Positions 8,291 to 18,162 of a stretch of DNA of 64,000 nucleotides are shown here, one piece after another. The translations under genes were made by a program, and so were the position numbers. Source of the stretch: Sphingomonadales bacterium (GTDB lineage: Bacteria; Pseudomonadota; Alphaproteobacteria; Sphingomonadales; Sphingomonadaceae). The stretch spans positions 654,102-718,101 of the forward strand of contig JAIXWO010000022.1 in NCBI GenBank assembly GCA_027491235.1, in the 5' to 3' direction. A model generated the notes under the pieces. It ran no database searches, was not told where the DNA came from, and saw nothing but the letters and a program-made list of their open reading frames with translations. Numbering within the stretch: position 1 is the first letter of the stretch; each line of letters starts with the position of its first letter.

Positions 8291-9355
8291 ATGTCTGTTC
8301 GTATGGCACTAACAAAACTTTGCGCTTGCGCATGCGGTGGAGCTGTCATTGGCGGTGGCGCCATGCATGCGACCCAGGCCCAGCCCCTGCGGTCGTCCTA
8401 TTCCGCTCCTGCTCCTAAGGTCAAAAAAGTCGTCCGGCAGCGGCTCGCAGCAGCCCCGCGGTCAAACGGTCGGGTCGTCAAGCGCATTAAGCGCGTAACC
8501 ACGACGACGACCAGTATGTCTTGCGCCCCGCAGACAATCCGCCTCGCATCTGCAGGACAAGAACCTCTTCGCTCTCGCCTTTCTGAGGCGCAGCCGATCA
8601 TTTCGGGAGGTGGCGGCGTCCCCGTCGTTATTGGTGGCGGCCCAATCGGTGGTTTCGGCGGCGGCTTCGGTGGCGGTGGCTTTATTGGCGGGGGTTTCTT
8701 CGGCGGCGGCGGTGGCGGTGGCAGCATTGTTGTCTCATCGACCAGCAGCGGCGGATCAACATCGACATCGTCGGGTGGATCATCAACGTCGACCGGTGGC
8801 CTTTCCACATCGACCGGTGGTGTATCCAGCACATCTTCTACCGGCGGATCTTCGACGTCTTCGGGCACGGTATCGAGCACGTCGTCAACCGGCGGTTCGT
8901 CGACCTCTTCGGGCAGCGTGTCGAGCACGTCGTCCACGGGCGGATCGTCCAGCTCAACGTCTTCGGGCGCCGTTTCCAGCACCTCTTCAACCGGTGGATC
9001 ATCATCGTCCACCTCGAGCGGGACAGTTTCAAGCACGTCGAGCTCGTCGGGTAACGTCTCCAGCTCTTCCAGCTCTTCGGGCAACGTGTCCAGTACCTCG
9101 AGCTCATCCGGCAACGTATCGAGCAGCACGAGCACGTCTTCGAGCTTTGGCGGATCGACCACATCCACGTCGACCTCAACCTCGACGTCGTCCTCTTCAA
9201 ATGGCTCCAGCAGCCATGGCGGTTCCAGCAGCAATGGCGGCTCAAGCGGAAATGACGTGCCAGCCCCACCAATGCTCCTTCTTTTCGGTGGTGCAGCAGC
9301 CGGGCTTATTGCGCGGGCACGGGCCGCCAAAAAGGCGACATCAACTTCAGTGTAG
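8291..9355 (+). CDS. Ser/Gly/Thr-rich low-complexity surface protein with PEP-CTERM-like (VPAPP) sorting tail
   Basis: N-terminal LCACACGGAVIGGG hydrophobic segment; long Ser repeats; C-terminal DVPAPPMLLLFGGAAAGLIARARAAKK. Confidence 0.8.
   Translation: MSVRMALTKLCACACGGAVIGGGAMHATQAQPLRSSYSAPAPKVKKVVRQRLAAAPRSNGRVVKRIKRVTTTTTSMSCAPQTIRLASAGQEPLRSRLSEAQPIISGGGGVPVVIGGGPIGGFGGGFGGGGFIGGGFFGGGGGGGSIVVSSTSSGGSTSTSSGGSSTSTGGLSTSTGGVSSTSSTGGSSTSSGTVSSTSSTGGSSTSSGSVSSTSSTGGSSSSTSSGAVSSTSSTGGSSSSTSSGTVSSTSSSSGNVSSSSSSSGNVSSTSSSSGNVSSSTSTSSSFGGSTTSTSTSTSTSSSSNGSSSHGGSSSNGGSSGNDVPAPPMLLLFGGAAAGLIARARAAKKATSTSV
8745..9245 (+). repeat. coding tandem repeats: VSSTSSTGGSS(SS)TSSG(T/S/A) about 4 times, then VSS(T/S)SSSSGN-type units about 4 times
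   Basis: Visible in the translation; repeat units use different Ser codons, so DNA identity between units is low. Boundaries approximate. Confidence 0.8.
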
Positions 9356-9390
9356 TATCTGCGTAGCGTAAAGCCGTAGTCTGGCACCCT

Positions 9391-9431
9391 AAAGGACGCT
9401 GTCTCGCGACCAGACAGCGTCCTTTTTCTTT
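9391..9431 (+). terminator. rho-independent terminator
   Basis: AAAGGACGCTGTCT-cgcgacc-AGACAGCGTCCTTT followed by TTCTTT. Confidence 0.85.
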
Positions 9432-9470
9432 GCCCTTGGCAAGCCAGAGGACGCACGCCATAGCGCAAAT

Positions 9471-10745
9471 ATGCATGATATTCGATTGATCCGCGAAAAC
9501 CCCGAAGGCTTTGATGCGGGCCTCGCCCGTCGTGGCTTGCCCCCCCAAGCCGCAACTTTGCTGGCCATTGACGAACAATCCCGCGCCGCAATCCGCATTT
9601 CTGAAGACCTCCAATCCACCGCAAATGCGGCGGCAAAGGCCATTGGCGCTGCGATGGGCAAGGGCGACAAAACGGAAGCAGAGCGCCTGAAGGCCGAAGT
9701 TGCCGACATCAAGGGTACCCTGCCCGCCTTGGAAGCCAAGGCCAAAGAACTGGGCGCAGACCTGCGCAACGCCCTTGCCGCCATCCCCAACATTCCTGCC
9801 GATGATGTGCCGATGGGCTCAGATGAGGCAGGCAACGTCTACGTCTCCGAAAGCGGAAAGAAGCCCGAACTGGACTTTGAAGCGTTGGAGCATGACCGGC
9901 TCGATGCTGGCCTGGGACTTGATTTTGAGACAGCTGCTGCTGTGGCAGGTGCCCGCTTCGCCTATCTGCGTGGGGGCGTGGCACGATTGAACCGCGCCAT
10001 CGGCCAGTTCATGCTTGATCTGCACACGCGCGAATTTGGCTATGAAGAGATCGCACCACCCGTTTTGGTGCGCGACGATGCCCTGTTCGGCACTGGACAG
10101 CTTCCGAAGTTTGCAGAAGATCTGTTCCATACCACAGACGGCCGCTGGCTTATTCCAACCGCCGAAGTGTCATTGACCAACATGGTCCGCGAGAAAATCC
10201 TGTCGGATACGGAGCTGCCTTTGCGACTAACGGCGCTGACTCAGTGCTTCCGTTCCGAAGCTGGCTCGGCGGGCCGCGATACGCGCGGCTTCATCCGCCA
10301 GCATCAATTTGAAAAAGTTGAACTCGTCTCCATCACGACGCCGGAGGCGTCAGATGCCGAACATGAGCGGATGACCGAGGCCGCCGAAACGGTCCTCATT
10401 CGCCTTGGCCTGCATTTCCGGCGCATGTTGCTCTGTTCGGGCGACATGGGCTTTACGGCCCGCAAAACCTATGATCTTGAGGTCTGGTTGCCGGGCCAGA
10501 AGGCCTATCGTGAAATCTCCAGTTGCTCCAACTGTGGGGACTTTCAGGCCCGCCGCATGAACGCCCGCTTCCGTCCGCAAGGCGAAAAGGGCACGCGCTT
10601 TGTCCACACGCTCAACGGGTCTGGCCTTGCAGTCGGTCGCACGCTCGTTGCGGTGCTGGAAAACTATCAGAACGCTGATGGCAGCATCACCGTGCCAGAC
10701 GTGCTTCGGCCCTATCTCGGTGGGACGGACCGGATTGGCGGCTAA
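9471..10745 (+). CDS. serS: serine--tRNA ligase
   Basis: [59 protein letters not shown]. Confidence 0.98.
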   Translation: MHDIRLIRENPEGFDAGLARRGLPPQAATLLAIDEQSRAAIRISEDLQSTANAAAKAIGAAMGKGDKTEAERLKAEVADIKGTLPALEAKAKELGADLRNALAAIPNIPADDVPMGSDEAGNVYVSESGKKPELDFEALEHDRLDAGLGLDFETAAAVAGARFAYLRGGVARLNRAIGQFMLDLHTREFGYEEIAPPVLVRDDALFGTGQLPKFAEDLFHTTDGRWLIPTAEVSLTNMVREKILSDTELPLRLTALTQCFRSEAGSAGRDTRGFIRQHQFEKVELVSITTPEASDAEHERMTEAAETVLIRLGLHFRRMLLCSGDMGFTARKTYDLEVWLPGQKAYREISSCSNCGDFQARRMNARFRPQGEKGTRFVHTLNGSGLAVGRTLVAVLENYQNADGSITVPDVLRPYLGGTDRIGG

Positions 10746-10798
10746 AGCCCCAGTTTGTCGTGACTTCCACCGGGAGTTCCTCTAATGGCGCGTCGATC

Positions 10799-12136
10799 AT
10801 GAAAACGACTAAACTTCCTACCCAGCCCAAGGTCGGCATGGTGTCACTCGGCTGCCCCAAGGCACTTGTGGACAGCGAGCGGATCCTCACCAAATTGCGC
10901 GCTGACGGCTATGGCCTGTCACCCGATTATGAGGGCGCGGACGTCGTTCTCGTGAACACCTGCGGGTTTCTCGACAGCGCCAAGGAAGAGAGCCTTGAAG
11001 CCATCGGGGAGGCCATTGCCGAAAATGGGCGGGTCATCGTGACCGGCTGCATGGGGAATGAAGCCGACGTTATTCGAGCGCGTTTCCCGGAAGTGCTCGC
11101 CATCTCCGGGCCACACCAGTACGAGGCCGTGGTGAGTGCCGTCCATGACGCCGCACCGCCGGTTCCGCATGCTTTCGTGGATCTCGTGCCTGAAGCTGGC
11201 CTGAAGCTGACACCGAAGCACTATAGCTATCTCAAAATTTCCGAAGGCTGCAACCACCGCTGCGCCTTCTGCATCATCCCGTCGATCCGTGGCGACCTCG
11301 TCTCGCGGCGTCCGGATGCCATTTTGCGAGAGGCGGAAAAGCTGATCGAAGCCGGCACACGCGAATTGCTGGTCATCAGCCAGGACACGTCGGCTTACGG
11401 TGTGGATATCCGTCATGAACCGCGTCAGTGGAAGGGCAATGATGTGCGCGCCCACATGACTGACCTCGCGCGCGAACTCGGCAAGCTCGGCGCTTGGGTG
11501 CGGTTGCATTATGTCTATCCCTACCCTCATGTCGATCAGGTCATTCCGCTGATGGCAGAGGGGCTTGTGCTTCCCTATCTGGACATTCCTTTCCAGCACG
11601 CAGCCCCCTCCGTCCTCAAAGCGATGAAGCGCCCGGCGAATGAAGCCAAGGTGCTGGAACGCATTCGTAACTGGCGCGACATCGCCCCCGATATCACCAT
11701 CCGGTCAAGCTTTGTTGTTGGTTTCCCGGGCGAGACAGAGGCGGATTTCCAGTATCTGCTCGACTGGCTTGATGAGGCACAATTGGATCGCGTCGGTGCT
11801 TTCCGATTTGAACCCGTTGAAGGCGCAGCGGCCAACGCCCTTCCAAATCCTGTGCCGGAAGAGGTCAAGGAGGAGCGCTACGCCCGCCTGATGGAGCGGA
11901 CAGCGGCGATCTCGGCAGCCAAGCTTGCGGCGAAGATTGACCGCAAAATGGACGTCATCATTGATATCGTTGATGAAGATGGCGGCGCCAATGCGCGGTC
12001 AAAGGCCGATGCGCCTGACATTGACGGTCACGTCTTTCTGCGGGATGCAGGGCATCTTTCCCCCGGTGATATCGTGCCTGTCCTGATCGAAGATGCGGAC
12101 GACCATGATCTTTACGGGGTGCCGCTGCAACGGTGA
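10799..12136 (+). CDS. rimO: 30S ribosomal protein S12 methylthiotransferase
   Basis: [30 protein letters not shown] radical SAM motif, APDIDG TRAM domain. Confidence 0.97.
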   Translation: MKTTKLPTQPKVGMVSLGCPKALVDSERILTKLRADGYGLSPDYEGADVVLVNTCGFLDSAKEESLEAIGEAIAENGRVIVTGCMGNEADVIRARFPEVLAISGPHQYEAVVSAVHDAAPPVPHAFVDLVPEAGLKLTPKHYSYLKISEGCNHRCAFCIIPSIRGDLVSRRPDAILREAEKLIEAGTRELLVISQDTSAYGVDIRHEPRQWKGNDVRAHMTDLARELGKLGAWVRLHYVYPYPHVDQVIPLMAEGLVLPYLDIPFQHAAPSVLKAMKRPANEAKVLERIRNWRDIAPDITIRSSFVVGFPGETEADFQYLLDWLDEAQLDRVGAFRFEPVEGAAANALPNPVPEEVKEERYARLMERTAAISAAKLAAKIDRKMDVIIDIVDEDGGANARSKADAPDIDGHVFLRDAGHLSPGDIVPVLIEDADDHDLYGVPLQR

Positions 12137-12185
12137 CCGCCATCAGCAACCTTTCAATACACCCCAAGTCTGACGGAGCCCGGAC

Positions 12186-13574
12186 ATGAGCCGCTTTGCC
12201 CATCTCATCCAACCTGACCAAGGCCAGGAAGCACGGACGATCACGTTGGTCACCAAAACGGGCTTTGAGGAGTGGATGAAGGTACTGACAGAGCGGGAGC
12301 AAACCGCAGCCCTGCTGTCCGGATTTTCAGGCAACTCCGGTGACATAGCGATCCTACCCGGAGACAAGCCGGGTGAATGGAGCGCCGCGGTCGGCATTGA
12401 TGAAAAGCGATCCGTTTGGGACCTTGCACCCGCCGCCCAAAAGCTTCCTGCGGCAACCTACCGTCTTGCGGGTGATACAGCAGGTCCAGCCGGGCTTGGA
12501 TGGTTGCTCGCACAGTATAAATTTGATCGCTTCCTCTCCAAAGCAGACACTGCAGGTGACCGCATTCTGCTGGTCAGCGAACCCGGAATCATTGTCGATC
12601 AGGTCCGTCAGGCGGAAGCGACGGCGATGGTACGGGACCTCGTCAATACACCTGCAGCGGATCTTGGGCCAGCAGGCCTTCAAGCCGCAGCGGAGGCGCT
12701 AGGGACAGAGTTTGAAGCCACAGTGCACGTCACCAAGGGCCATGAGCTTGAAGTGGGCTATCCTATGATCCACGCCGTCGGTCAGGCGGCGGAAAAGCAT
12801 CGGGCGCCGCGTCTCATCGAACTTGTCTGGGGGAACCCCAAACATCCTCGTGTTGCCGTCATTGGCAAAGGCGTTGCCTTTGACACCGGCGGTCTCAACA
12901 TCAAAACCGGCCCGTATATGCGGCTGATGAAGAAGGATATGGGTGGCGCAGCCCATGCCTTGGGGCTTGCTCGACTGGTGATGGAAGCCCGCTTGCCTGT
13001 CCATCTCCATCTGCTGATCCCAGCCGTTGAAAACGCTGTTGCTGGCAACGCCATGCGCCCGGGGGACGTGCTGAAAAGCCGCAAGGGGTTGACGGTTGAG
13101 ATCGACAATACGGACGCAGAAGGCCGTCTCATCCTAGGCGATGCACTTGCGAAGGCTGGAGAAGACAAGCCGGAGATGATGGTCGACTTTGCGACGCTTA
13201 CGGGCGCTGCGCGCGTTGCGTTGGGGCCGGACCTCCCTGCCCTGTTTGCCAATGACGAACAACTGGCCGCAGACGTCGCCGCAACCTCTGCCGATGTGCA
13301 GGACCCGACTTGGCGGATGCCGCTTTGGGATCGCTATGACGATATGCTGAAGTCGGACATCGCGGACATGGTCAATTCTGCCGAGGGTGGCATGGCAGGC
13401 GCCGTGACGGCGGCATTGTTCTTGCGCCGGTTCGTGCCTGAAGGAACGCCTTGGGTTCATCTGGATACATTTGCCTGGCGCCCCTCGACGACGCCGGGCC
13501 GCCCAAAAGGTGGCGATGCCATGGGAATGCGCGCGGTGTTTGAACTCCTTCGGCGTCGCTATCCGGTTGCTTGA
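12186..13574 (+). CDS. M17 leucyl aminopeptidase family protein
   Basis: GKGVAFDTGG, MKKDMGGAA, NTDAEGRL metal-binding motifs. Confidence 0.93.
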   Translation: MSRFAHLIQPDQGQEARTITLVTKTGFEEWMKVLTEREQTAALLSGFSGNSGDIAILPGDKPGEWSAAVGIDEKRSVWDLAPAAQKLPAATYRLAGDTAGPAGLGWLLAQYKFDRFLSKADTAGDRILLVSEPGIIVDQVRQAEATAMVRDLVNTPAADLGPAGLQAAAEALGTEFEATVHVTKGHELEVGYPMIHAVGQAAEKHRAPRLIELVWGNPKHPRVAVIGKGVAFDTGGLNIKTGPYMRLMKKDMGGAAHALGLARLVMEARLPVHLHLLIPAVENAVAGNAMRPGDVLKSRKGLTVEIDNTDAEGRLILGDALAKAGEDKPEMMVDFATLTGAARVALGPDLPALFANDEQLAADVAATSADVQDPTWRMPLWDRYDDMLKSDIADMVNSAEGGMAGAVTAALFLRRFVPEGTPWVHLDTFAWRPSTTPGRPKGGDAMGMRAVFELLRRRYPVA

Positions 13575-13634
13575 ATACTGCCTTTGCGCAGTGCCATTGC
13601 GTAAGGGCCGCTTGCTCGGCTATTGCGCCGCGCA

Positions 13635-13967
13635 ATGACTAACAAAACCAGAACCAGCTTCACCCTCAGCGGACCCTCTATCGAGCTTGATGCACGGACC
13701 CTCGCGGTTCGGGGTGATCTTGCCGATATCGCCTTAGCCGGAAAGCTCTTCGTGCCGCATTACGCGCAGCCTATGGCAATGACCTGCACAGACGAAGCGA
13801 CCACGATCTTCGCCACGCCGGATCGCGAGAGCGAAACGGTCGGTGGTCTAGAGCGCGACACAACCTTCATGGTCGTGGATATGGCAGGCGGCTGGGCTTG
13901 GGGATTTCGGGCATCTGATCACATTGTCGGCTATGTCGACATGACCAGCTTGGCGCAGGCCAAATGA
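13635..13967 (+). CDS. SH3-like domain protein (resembles the non-catalytic N-terminus of alphaproteobacterial NlpC/P60 proteins)
   Basis: RGDLADIALAG...HYAQP, then GGWAWG...VGYV; about 110 aa; ATGA overlap with argC. Confidence 0.65.
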   Translation: MTNKTRTSFTLSGPSIELDARTLAVRGDLADIALAGKLFVPHYAQPMAMTCTDEATTIFATPDRESETVGGLERDTTFMVVDMAGGWAWGFRASDHIVGYVDMTSLAQAK

Positions 13968-14887
13968 CACGCGTTTTCATTGATGGCGCGCATGGGACCA
14001 CGGGACTTGAGATTGCGGAGCGGCTCTCCGGTCGCCCGGAACTTGATCTGATCTCCCTCGACGATGATCGCCGCAAAGACACCGAAGCCCGTCGTGATGC
14101 CATTAATGCCGCCGATGTGGTCATCCTCTGCCTACCAGACGATGCCGCGCGCGACTCTGTTGCTTTGATTGATAATGATCGGACGCGCGTGATTGATGCA
14201 TCGACCGCGCATCGCACCGATCTGGCCTGGACTTTTGGGTTGCCTGAATTGGTTGGCCGGGATGTCGTTGCCGCCTCAAAGCGGGTGTCCAATCCCGGCT
14301 GCTATTCGACCGGATTTATTGCCCTTGTGGCCCCGCTGGTAAAGGCAGGCCTTTTGCCATCTGATTGGCCTTATGTCTGCAATGCGGTGTCCGGATATTC
14401 GGGCGGTGGCAAGGCGATGATCGCTGAGTTTGAAGGCGGCACCGCTGCGACGGCTTGGCGCACCTACGCCCTGTCGCTTTCACACAAGCATGTGCCCGAA
14501 ATGCAGGTGCGTTGCGGACTGCACTATCCGCCCCTCTTTTCGCCATCTGTAGCGGCAACGCACAGGGGCATGATTGTCGAAGTGCCTCTGATGACGTCGG
14601 CCATGCCCGGCAAACCCTCAGCCGACGCTCTACGCGCCGCCTTGGCGGTGGCCTATGAAGCCTCTCCGGTGGTTCACGTCATCGATGGCCTTGAAGAGGC
14701 CAATTTGATGATTGAGCGTTGCGCGGGCACGGATCGTTTGGAACTGTTTGTTTTTGGTCGCGCTGACGATGCGCAAGTCCGGCTGGTGGCCGCGCTCGAT
14801 AATTTGGGCAAAGGCGCCGGTGGCGCTGCTGTGCAATCGCTCAACCTGATGGCGGGTCTTCCGGAAACGTCGGGATTGCGCCTTTAA
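13964..14887 (+). CDS. argC: N-acetyl-gamma-glutamyl-phosphate reductase (type 2)
   Basis: FIDGAHGTTGL, SNPGCYSTG, AVSGYSGGG, LDNLGKGA. Confidence 0.95.
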   Translation: MTRVFIDGAHGTTGLEIAERLSGRPELDLISLDDDRRKDTEARRDAINAADVVILCLPDDAARDSVALIDNDRTRVIDASTAHRTDLAWTFGLPELVGRDVVAASKRVSNPGCYSTGFIALVAPLVKAGLLPSDWPYVCNAVSGYSGGGKAMIAEFEGGTAATAWRTYALSLSHKHVPEMQVRCGLHYPPLFSPSVAATHRGMIVEVPLMTSAMPGKPSADALRAALAVAYEASPVVHVIDGLEEANLMIERCAGTDRLELFVFGRADDAQVRLVAALDNLGKGAGGAAVQSLNLMAGLPETSGLRL

Positions 14888-14891
14888 GTTT

Positions 14892-14968
14892 TGGTGCACC
14901 CGACTGGATTCGAACCAGTGGCCCCCAGATTAGGAATCTGATGCTCTATCCTGCTGAGCTACGGGTGC
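14892..14968 (-). tRNA. tRNA-Arg (anticodon CCT)
   Basis: Reverse complement GCACCCGTAGCTCAGCAGGATAGAGCATCAGATTCCTAATCTGGGGGCCACTGGTTCGAATCCAGTCGGGTGCACCA: 77 nt, T-loop GTTCGAATC, encoded CCA. Confidence 0.96.
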
Positions 14969-15004
14969 GCCAAGGCCGCTGACTAGGGCCGGCAAAACCC
15001 TAGG

Positions 15005-15463
15005 TCAATTCTGCTTCTCTGGCGGCACCACGGGGATCAGAAGCGGCATCACCGAAATGCCATCTTCCAAAAGTTCGCGCGCTTCATCGGCAGATGTTTG
15101 GCCATGGATCAAAGCGTGATCCATTTCGCCCGCATCCATTGCTCTTGCCTTTTGCGCAAAATCACGGCCAACCCATTGTGACTTTTTAATAATTTCTGCC
15201 TGCGCTGCTGCAATTTTTGTCATCATGGCCTTCATCTCGGCAGATGCCGCCGCTGCATCGCTGACCATGTTCATTCCTGCCTCTGGCCGCTGGTTGCCCT
15301 TTGTCGGGACATTGGGCGCCATCACAGCCTTGTCGATGTCAGAGGCTCCGCACATTGGGCAGGACAGCAGACTCCGCGCCTTCTGGTCCTGAAATGCCTC
15401 TGAACTGGCGAACCACGCTTCAAACACATGGCCCGTTGTGCATTTAAGATCAAAGACGATCAT
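15005..15463 (-). CDS. DUF1178 family protein
   Basis: MIVFDLKC..GHVFEAWFASS, CPMCG, KAVMAP, VGRDFA, IHG. Confidence 0.88.
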   Translation of the reverse strand: MIVFDLKCTTGHVFEAWFASSEAFQDQKARSLLSCPMCGASDIDKAVMAPNVPTKGNQRPEAGMNMVSDAAAASAEMKAMMTKIAAAQAEIIKKSQWVGRDFAQKARAMDAGEMDHALIHGQTSADEARELLEDGISVMPLLIPVVPPEKQN

Positions 15464-16281
15464 CTTACGATCTCAACTGCTGGAATGGCACGACGGTGCG
15501 TTATCACAGGCACGCGGCCGCGGACGTCGTCGACAAGGCCCAGATCAATCTCTGCAAAAGCCAGACCGGACTGTTCCTTCATGTCCAAAGCGATCGTACC
15601 CCAAGGGTCAATTACAAGCGAATGGCCGAAGGTTTTGCGCCCATCCTCGTGCGCCCCATATTGAGCGGCAGCAACGACCCAGCAGGCATTTTCAATGGCG
15701 CGTGCCCGCAAAAGGGTGTGCCAATGCGCCTCACCTGTCGGGACAGTGAAGGCTGCAGGGACAGACAAGACGCGCGCGCCGGCTTGCGACAGCGCCTGAA
15801 ACAGGGCGGGAAAGCGGATGTCATAGCAGATGGATAGGCCGAGCGGGCCAACGGGCGTATCGGCGACCACACTGCCTTCCCCGGGCACATAGGCATTGGA
15901 TTCGCGCCAAGATTCACCGGTCGGCAAGTCAACATCAAACAGGTGTAACTTGTCGTAGCGCGCCCGAACCTTGCCCTCGCTGTCAATCAGGAAGCCGCGA
16001 TTGGCCCAACGCGAACCGGCATCAACGGCGAGTGAGCCAAGATGCACCCAAATACCGGCGGCTTTGGCCGCGGCGCACACATCTGACAGAACTGGATTTG
16101 TCTCTTCCGAAACAACATGAGGCCGCGCGCGGTCCCGATTGGAATCGAGCAGACCTGACATTTCCGGTGTGAAGAGGATTTGCGCCCCACCCAATGCAGC
16201 ATCCTTCACCGCCGCACATAATAGGGCACTATTCTCGACAGGATCGATCCCTGCCGTCATTTGAAAAAGGGCAATGCGCAC
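15460..16281 (-). CDS. carbon-nitrogen hydrolase (Nit1-like, possible deaminated-glutathione amidase)
   Basis: Glu-Lys-Cys triad in TPEM, YDKLHLFD, ICYDIRF; RARAIEN; adjacent to a glutaredoxin. Confidence 0.88.
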   Translation of the reverse strand: MRIALFQMTAGIDPVENSALLCAAVKDAALGGAQILFTPEMSGLLDSNRDRARPHVVSEETNPVLSDVCAAAKAAGIWVHLGSLAVDAGSRWANRGFLIDSEGKVRARYDKLHLFDVDLPTGESWRESNAYVPGEGSVVADTPVGPLGLSICYDIRFPALFQALSQAGARVLSVPAAFTVPTGEAHWHTLLRARAIENACWVVAAAQYGAHEDGRKTFGHSLVIDPWGTIALDMKEQSGLAFAEIDLGLVDDVRGRVPVITHRRAIPAVEIVR

Positions 16282-16284
16282 CGT

Positions 16285-16542
16285 TTAGGCCGCCAACATC
16301 GGGTCCAGTCCGCCCCGCGCGTCCAACGCGGCCAGATCATCCGATCCACCGACATGCTGCCCATTGATGAAGACTTGCGGCACGGTCGTCCGTCCATCGG
16401 CACGGCCGATCATTTCCTGACGAAGATCCCGATCCATCGTGATGTCGATATCCTCTGGCTCAACGCCTTTTGAGCGGAGCAGCGCCAATGCGCGGGAGCA
16501 GTAGGGGCAGAAAGCTTTGGTGTAGATTTCAACTTTGGCCAT
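16285..16542 (-). CDS. grxC: glutaredoxin 3
   Basis: CPYC, TVPQVFI, GGSDDL. Confidence 0.95.
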   Translation of the reverse strand: MAKVEIYTKAFCPYCSRALALLRSKGVEPEDIDITMDRDLRQEMIGRADGRTTVPQVFINGQHVGGSDDLAALDARGGLDPMLAA

Positions 16543-16606
16543 GCACAGTTCCTTTGACCATGGAATTGGTGTGCGATGAGGTGAATGTCAACGCCAGCCC
16601 CGATGC

Positions 16607-17311
16607 TTAGGCCCCTTCTTTTAGAACACGTGCCCAGCACAGGACGTGAACCTTCTGTGCCCCTGCCCGCTTAAGGACGCCTGCACAGGCATTTGTCGTC
16701 GCACCGGTGGTATAAACATCATCCACCAACAGCACGTGCCTGCCTTTGATGGCGCCAAGTTGCGCGGGGTCCATGATAAAAGCCCCGCGGACTTCGCGGC
16801 CGCGCGCGGTGCGGCTGAGACCACCGAGCGGTGAGGTTCGCTTAGTCCGCAAGATAGGCGAAGCCAGCACCTCTTGTCCGGTCAACCGGGCGACGCTGCG
16901 CGCGATGAGCAGAGACTGGTTGAAGCCCCGCTGCCAGATTCGCCAGCGGTGTAACGGAATGGGCACCAGCACAGCGTCGGGATGCTTTCGCGCATGTCGA
17001 ACCATTAGCGCCGCCATTACGTCCGCGACGCCCGGCTTGCGCCCGTATTTTAGCTTTAAAGCGAGGTCGCGGGCCGTGTCGCAATAATCAACCGCAGCCA
17101 GCACACCATCGTGCTTGGGTGGGACATCCAGGCATGGCCCACAAATCGACCCCGCAAGCGCAACGGGTTGGTTACAGAGCTGGCAGCCGTCATCGGGAAG
17201 GATGTCCAGCTGGCTCCAACAACGGGTGCAGAAATTGCCATCTGCCCCGGAAATATGCCCGCAGCCTGCGCAACGTTTTGGCAGGGCAAAGTTGACCGGG
17301 GCCATCAACAT
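16607..17311 (-). CDS. comF: ComF family protein (double zinc ribbon plus phosphoribosyltransferase domain)
   Basis: CAGC, FCTRC, CQLC, CGPC; RGFNQS; LLVDDVYTTGAT. Start uncertain. Confidence 0.9.
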   Translation of the reverse strand: MLMAPVNFALPKRCAGCGHISGADGNFCTRCWSQLDILPDDGCQLCNQPVALAGSICGPCLDVPPKHDGVLAAVDYCDTARDLALKLKYGRKPGVADVMAALMVRHARKHPDAVLVPIPLHRWRIWQRGFNQSLLIARSVARLTGQEVLASPILRTKRTSPLGGLSRTARGREVRGAFIMDPAQLGAIKGRHVLLVDDVYTTGATTNACAGVLKRAGAQKVHVLCWARVLKEGA

Positions 17312-17370
17312 TGAACGTATTCCGACCATAGGCCCTTGTCCGCAATTCCGCGGGGCGTCACAAGGCCCCA

Positions 17371-18162
17371 ATGTCCGATGAAATTTTTTGCCGAAAACGC
17401 AGACAGTTGAACCGAAGGCGCGCGCTCAGTTCGCCCGGTGATTCGCGGTGGTTGATTGATCGCATGGAAGATGACCTTGCGGATCGGCTCTCTTACATGT
17501 CGGTCGAGGTTCAGACGGCGCTTGTCATTTGCGATGGAGCCAGCCGCGTTCAGCAGCAATTGCCACCCCATGTCCGCATCCTGACGACGGATGTTACGGC
17601 GTCGCCCCAGACCCAGATTGTGGCAGATGAGGACAGGCTTCCCATAGCGGATGCCAGTTGCGATCTGGTTTTTGCAGTCGGATCGCTTGACAGCGTCCAT
17701 GATCTGCCCGGCGCCCTTCTCCTCATCCGCCGCTGCCTGAGACCCGGTGGACTGTTTCTAGGGGCAATGATGGGCGCGGGCTCACTCCCCACCTTCCGAT
17801 CAATGGTGCAGAGCCACGAGGCGGAAGCGACCGGCAGTGCTGGGGCGAGGTTCCACCCTCAGGTGGATGTCAGGGCGGCAGGCGACCTCCTGTTCCGCGC
17901 GGGTTTCTCAACGCCAGTGGCGGACCTCGACACGGTGCACGTGTCTTACTCCAATGCCCGGCGACTATTGGGCGACGTCCGTGCGACATCGGGGAATGCC
18001 CTGCCGCACATTCGCCCCTTCCCCTTTGTAGCTGGGCGGAAGCTCTTGACGGCGTCGCCTTTTCAGGAACAGTTCGGGTTGCTCTACTTGACAGGCTGGG
18101 CGCCAGAAAAAGGCGTCCAGCGCCCATCAGGGCCCGTTAAAGGACGTACCTCAGCTGGTTAA
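17371..18162 (+). CDS. BioC/NDUFAF5-like SAM-dependent methyltransferase-fold protein
   Basis: ADEDRLP, DLPGALLLIRRCLRPGGLFLG, RFHPQVDVRAAGDLLFRAGFSTPVAD; head-to-head with comF. Confidence 0.78.
   Translation: MSDEIFCRKRRQLNRRRALSSPGDSRWLIDRMEDDLADRLSYMSVEVQTALVICDGASRVQQQLPPHVRILTTDVTASPQTQIVADEDRLPIADASCDLVFAVGSLDSVHDLPGALLLIRRCLRPGGLFLGAMMGAGSLPTFRSMVQSHEAEATGSAGARFHPQVDVRAAGDLLFRAGFSTPVADLDTVHVSYSNARRLLGDVRATSGNALPHIRPFPFVAGRKLLTASPFQEQFGLLYLTGWAPEKGVQRPSGPVKGRTSAG

Noticed and set aside
7926-8333. 135-aa N-terminal extension of DksA in the ORF track
   Set aside because: Not DksA-like and overlaps the divergent gene start; ATG 7925 gives a normal-length protein.
8745-9245. Tandem repeats as a possible CRISPR or VNTR array
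   Set aside because: No identical DNA repeats with unique spacers; periodicity is at the amino-acid level; no cas genes.
8398-9636. 412-aa minus-strand Asp/Glu/Val/Pro-rich ORF
   Set aside because: Mirror of the Ser repeats; the plus-strand ORF has the signal, sorting tail and terminator.
14892-14968. tRNA-Arg as an integration site
   Set aside because: No duplicated tRNA 3' end seen and no integrase; flanks are core genes.
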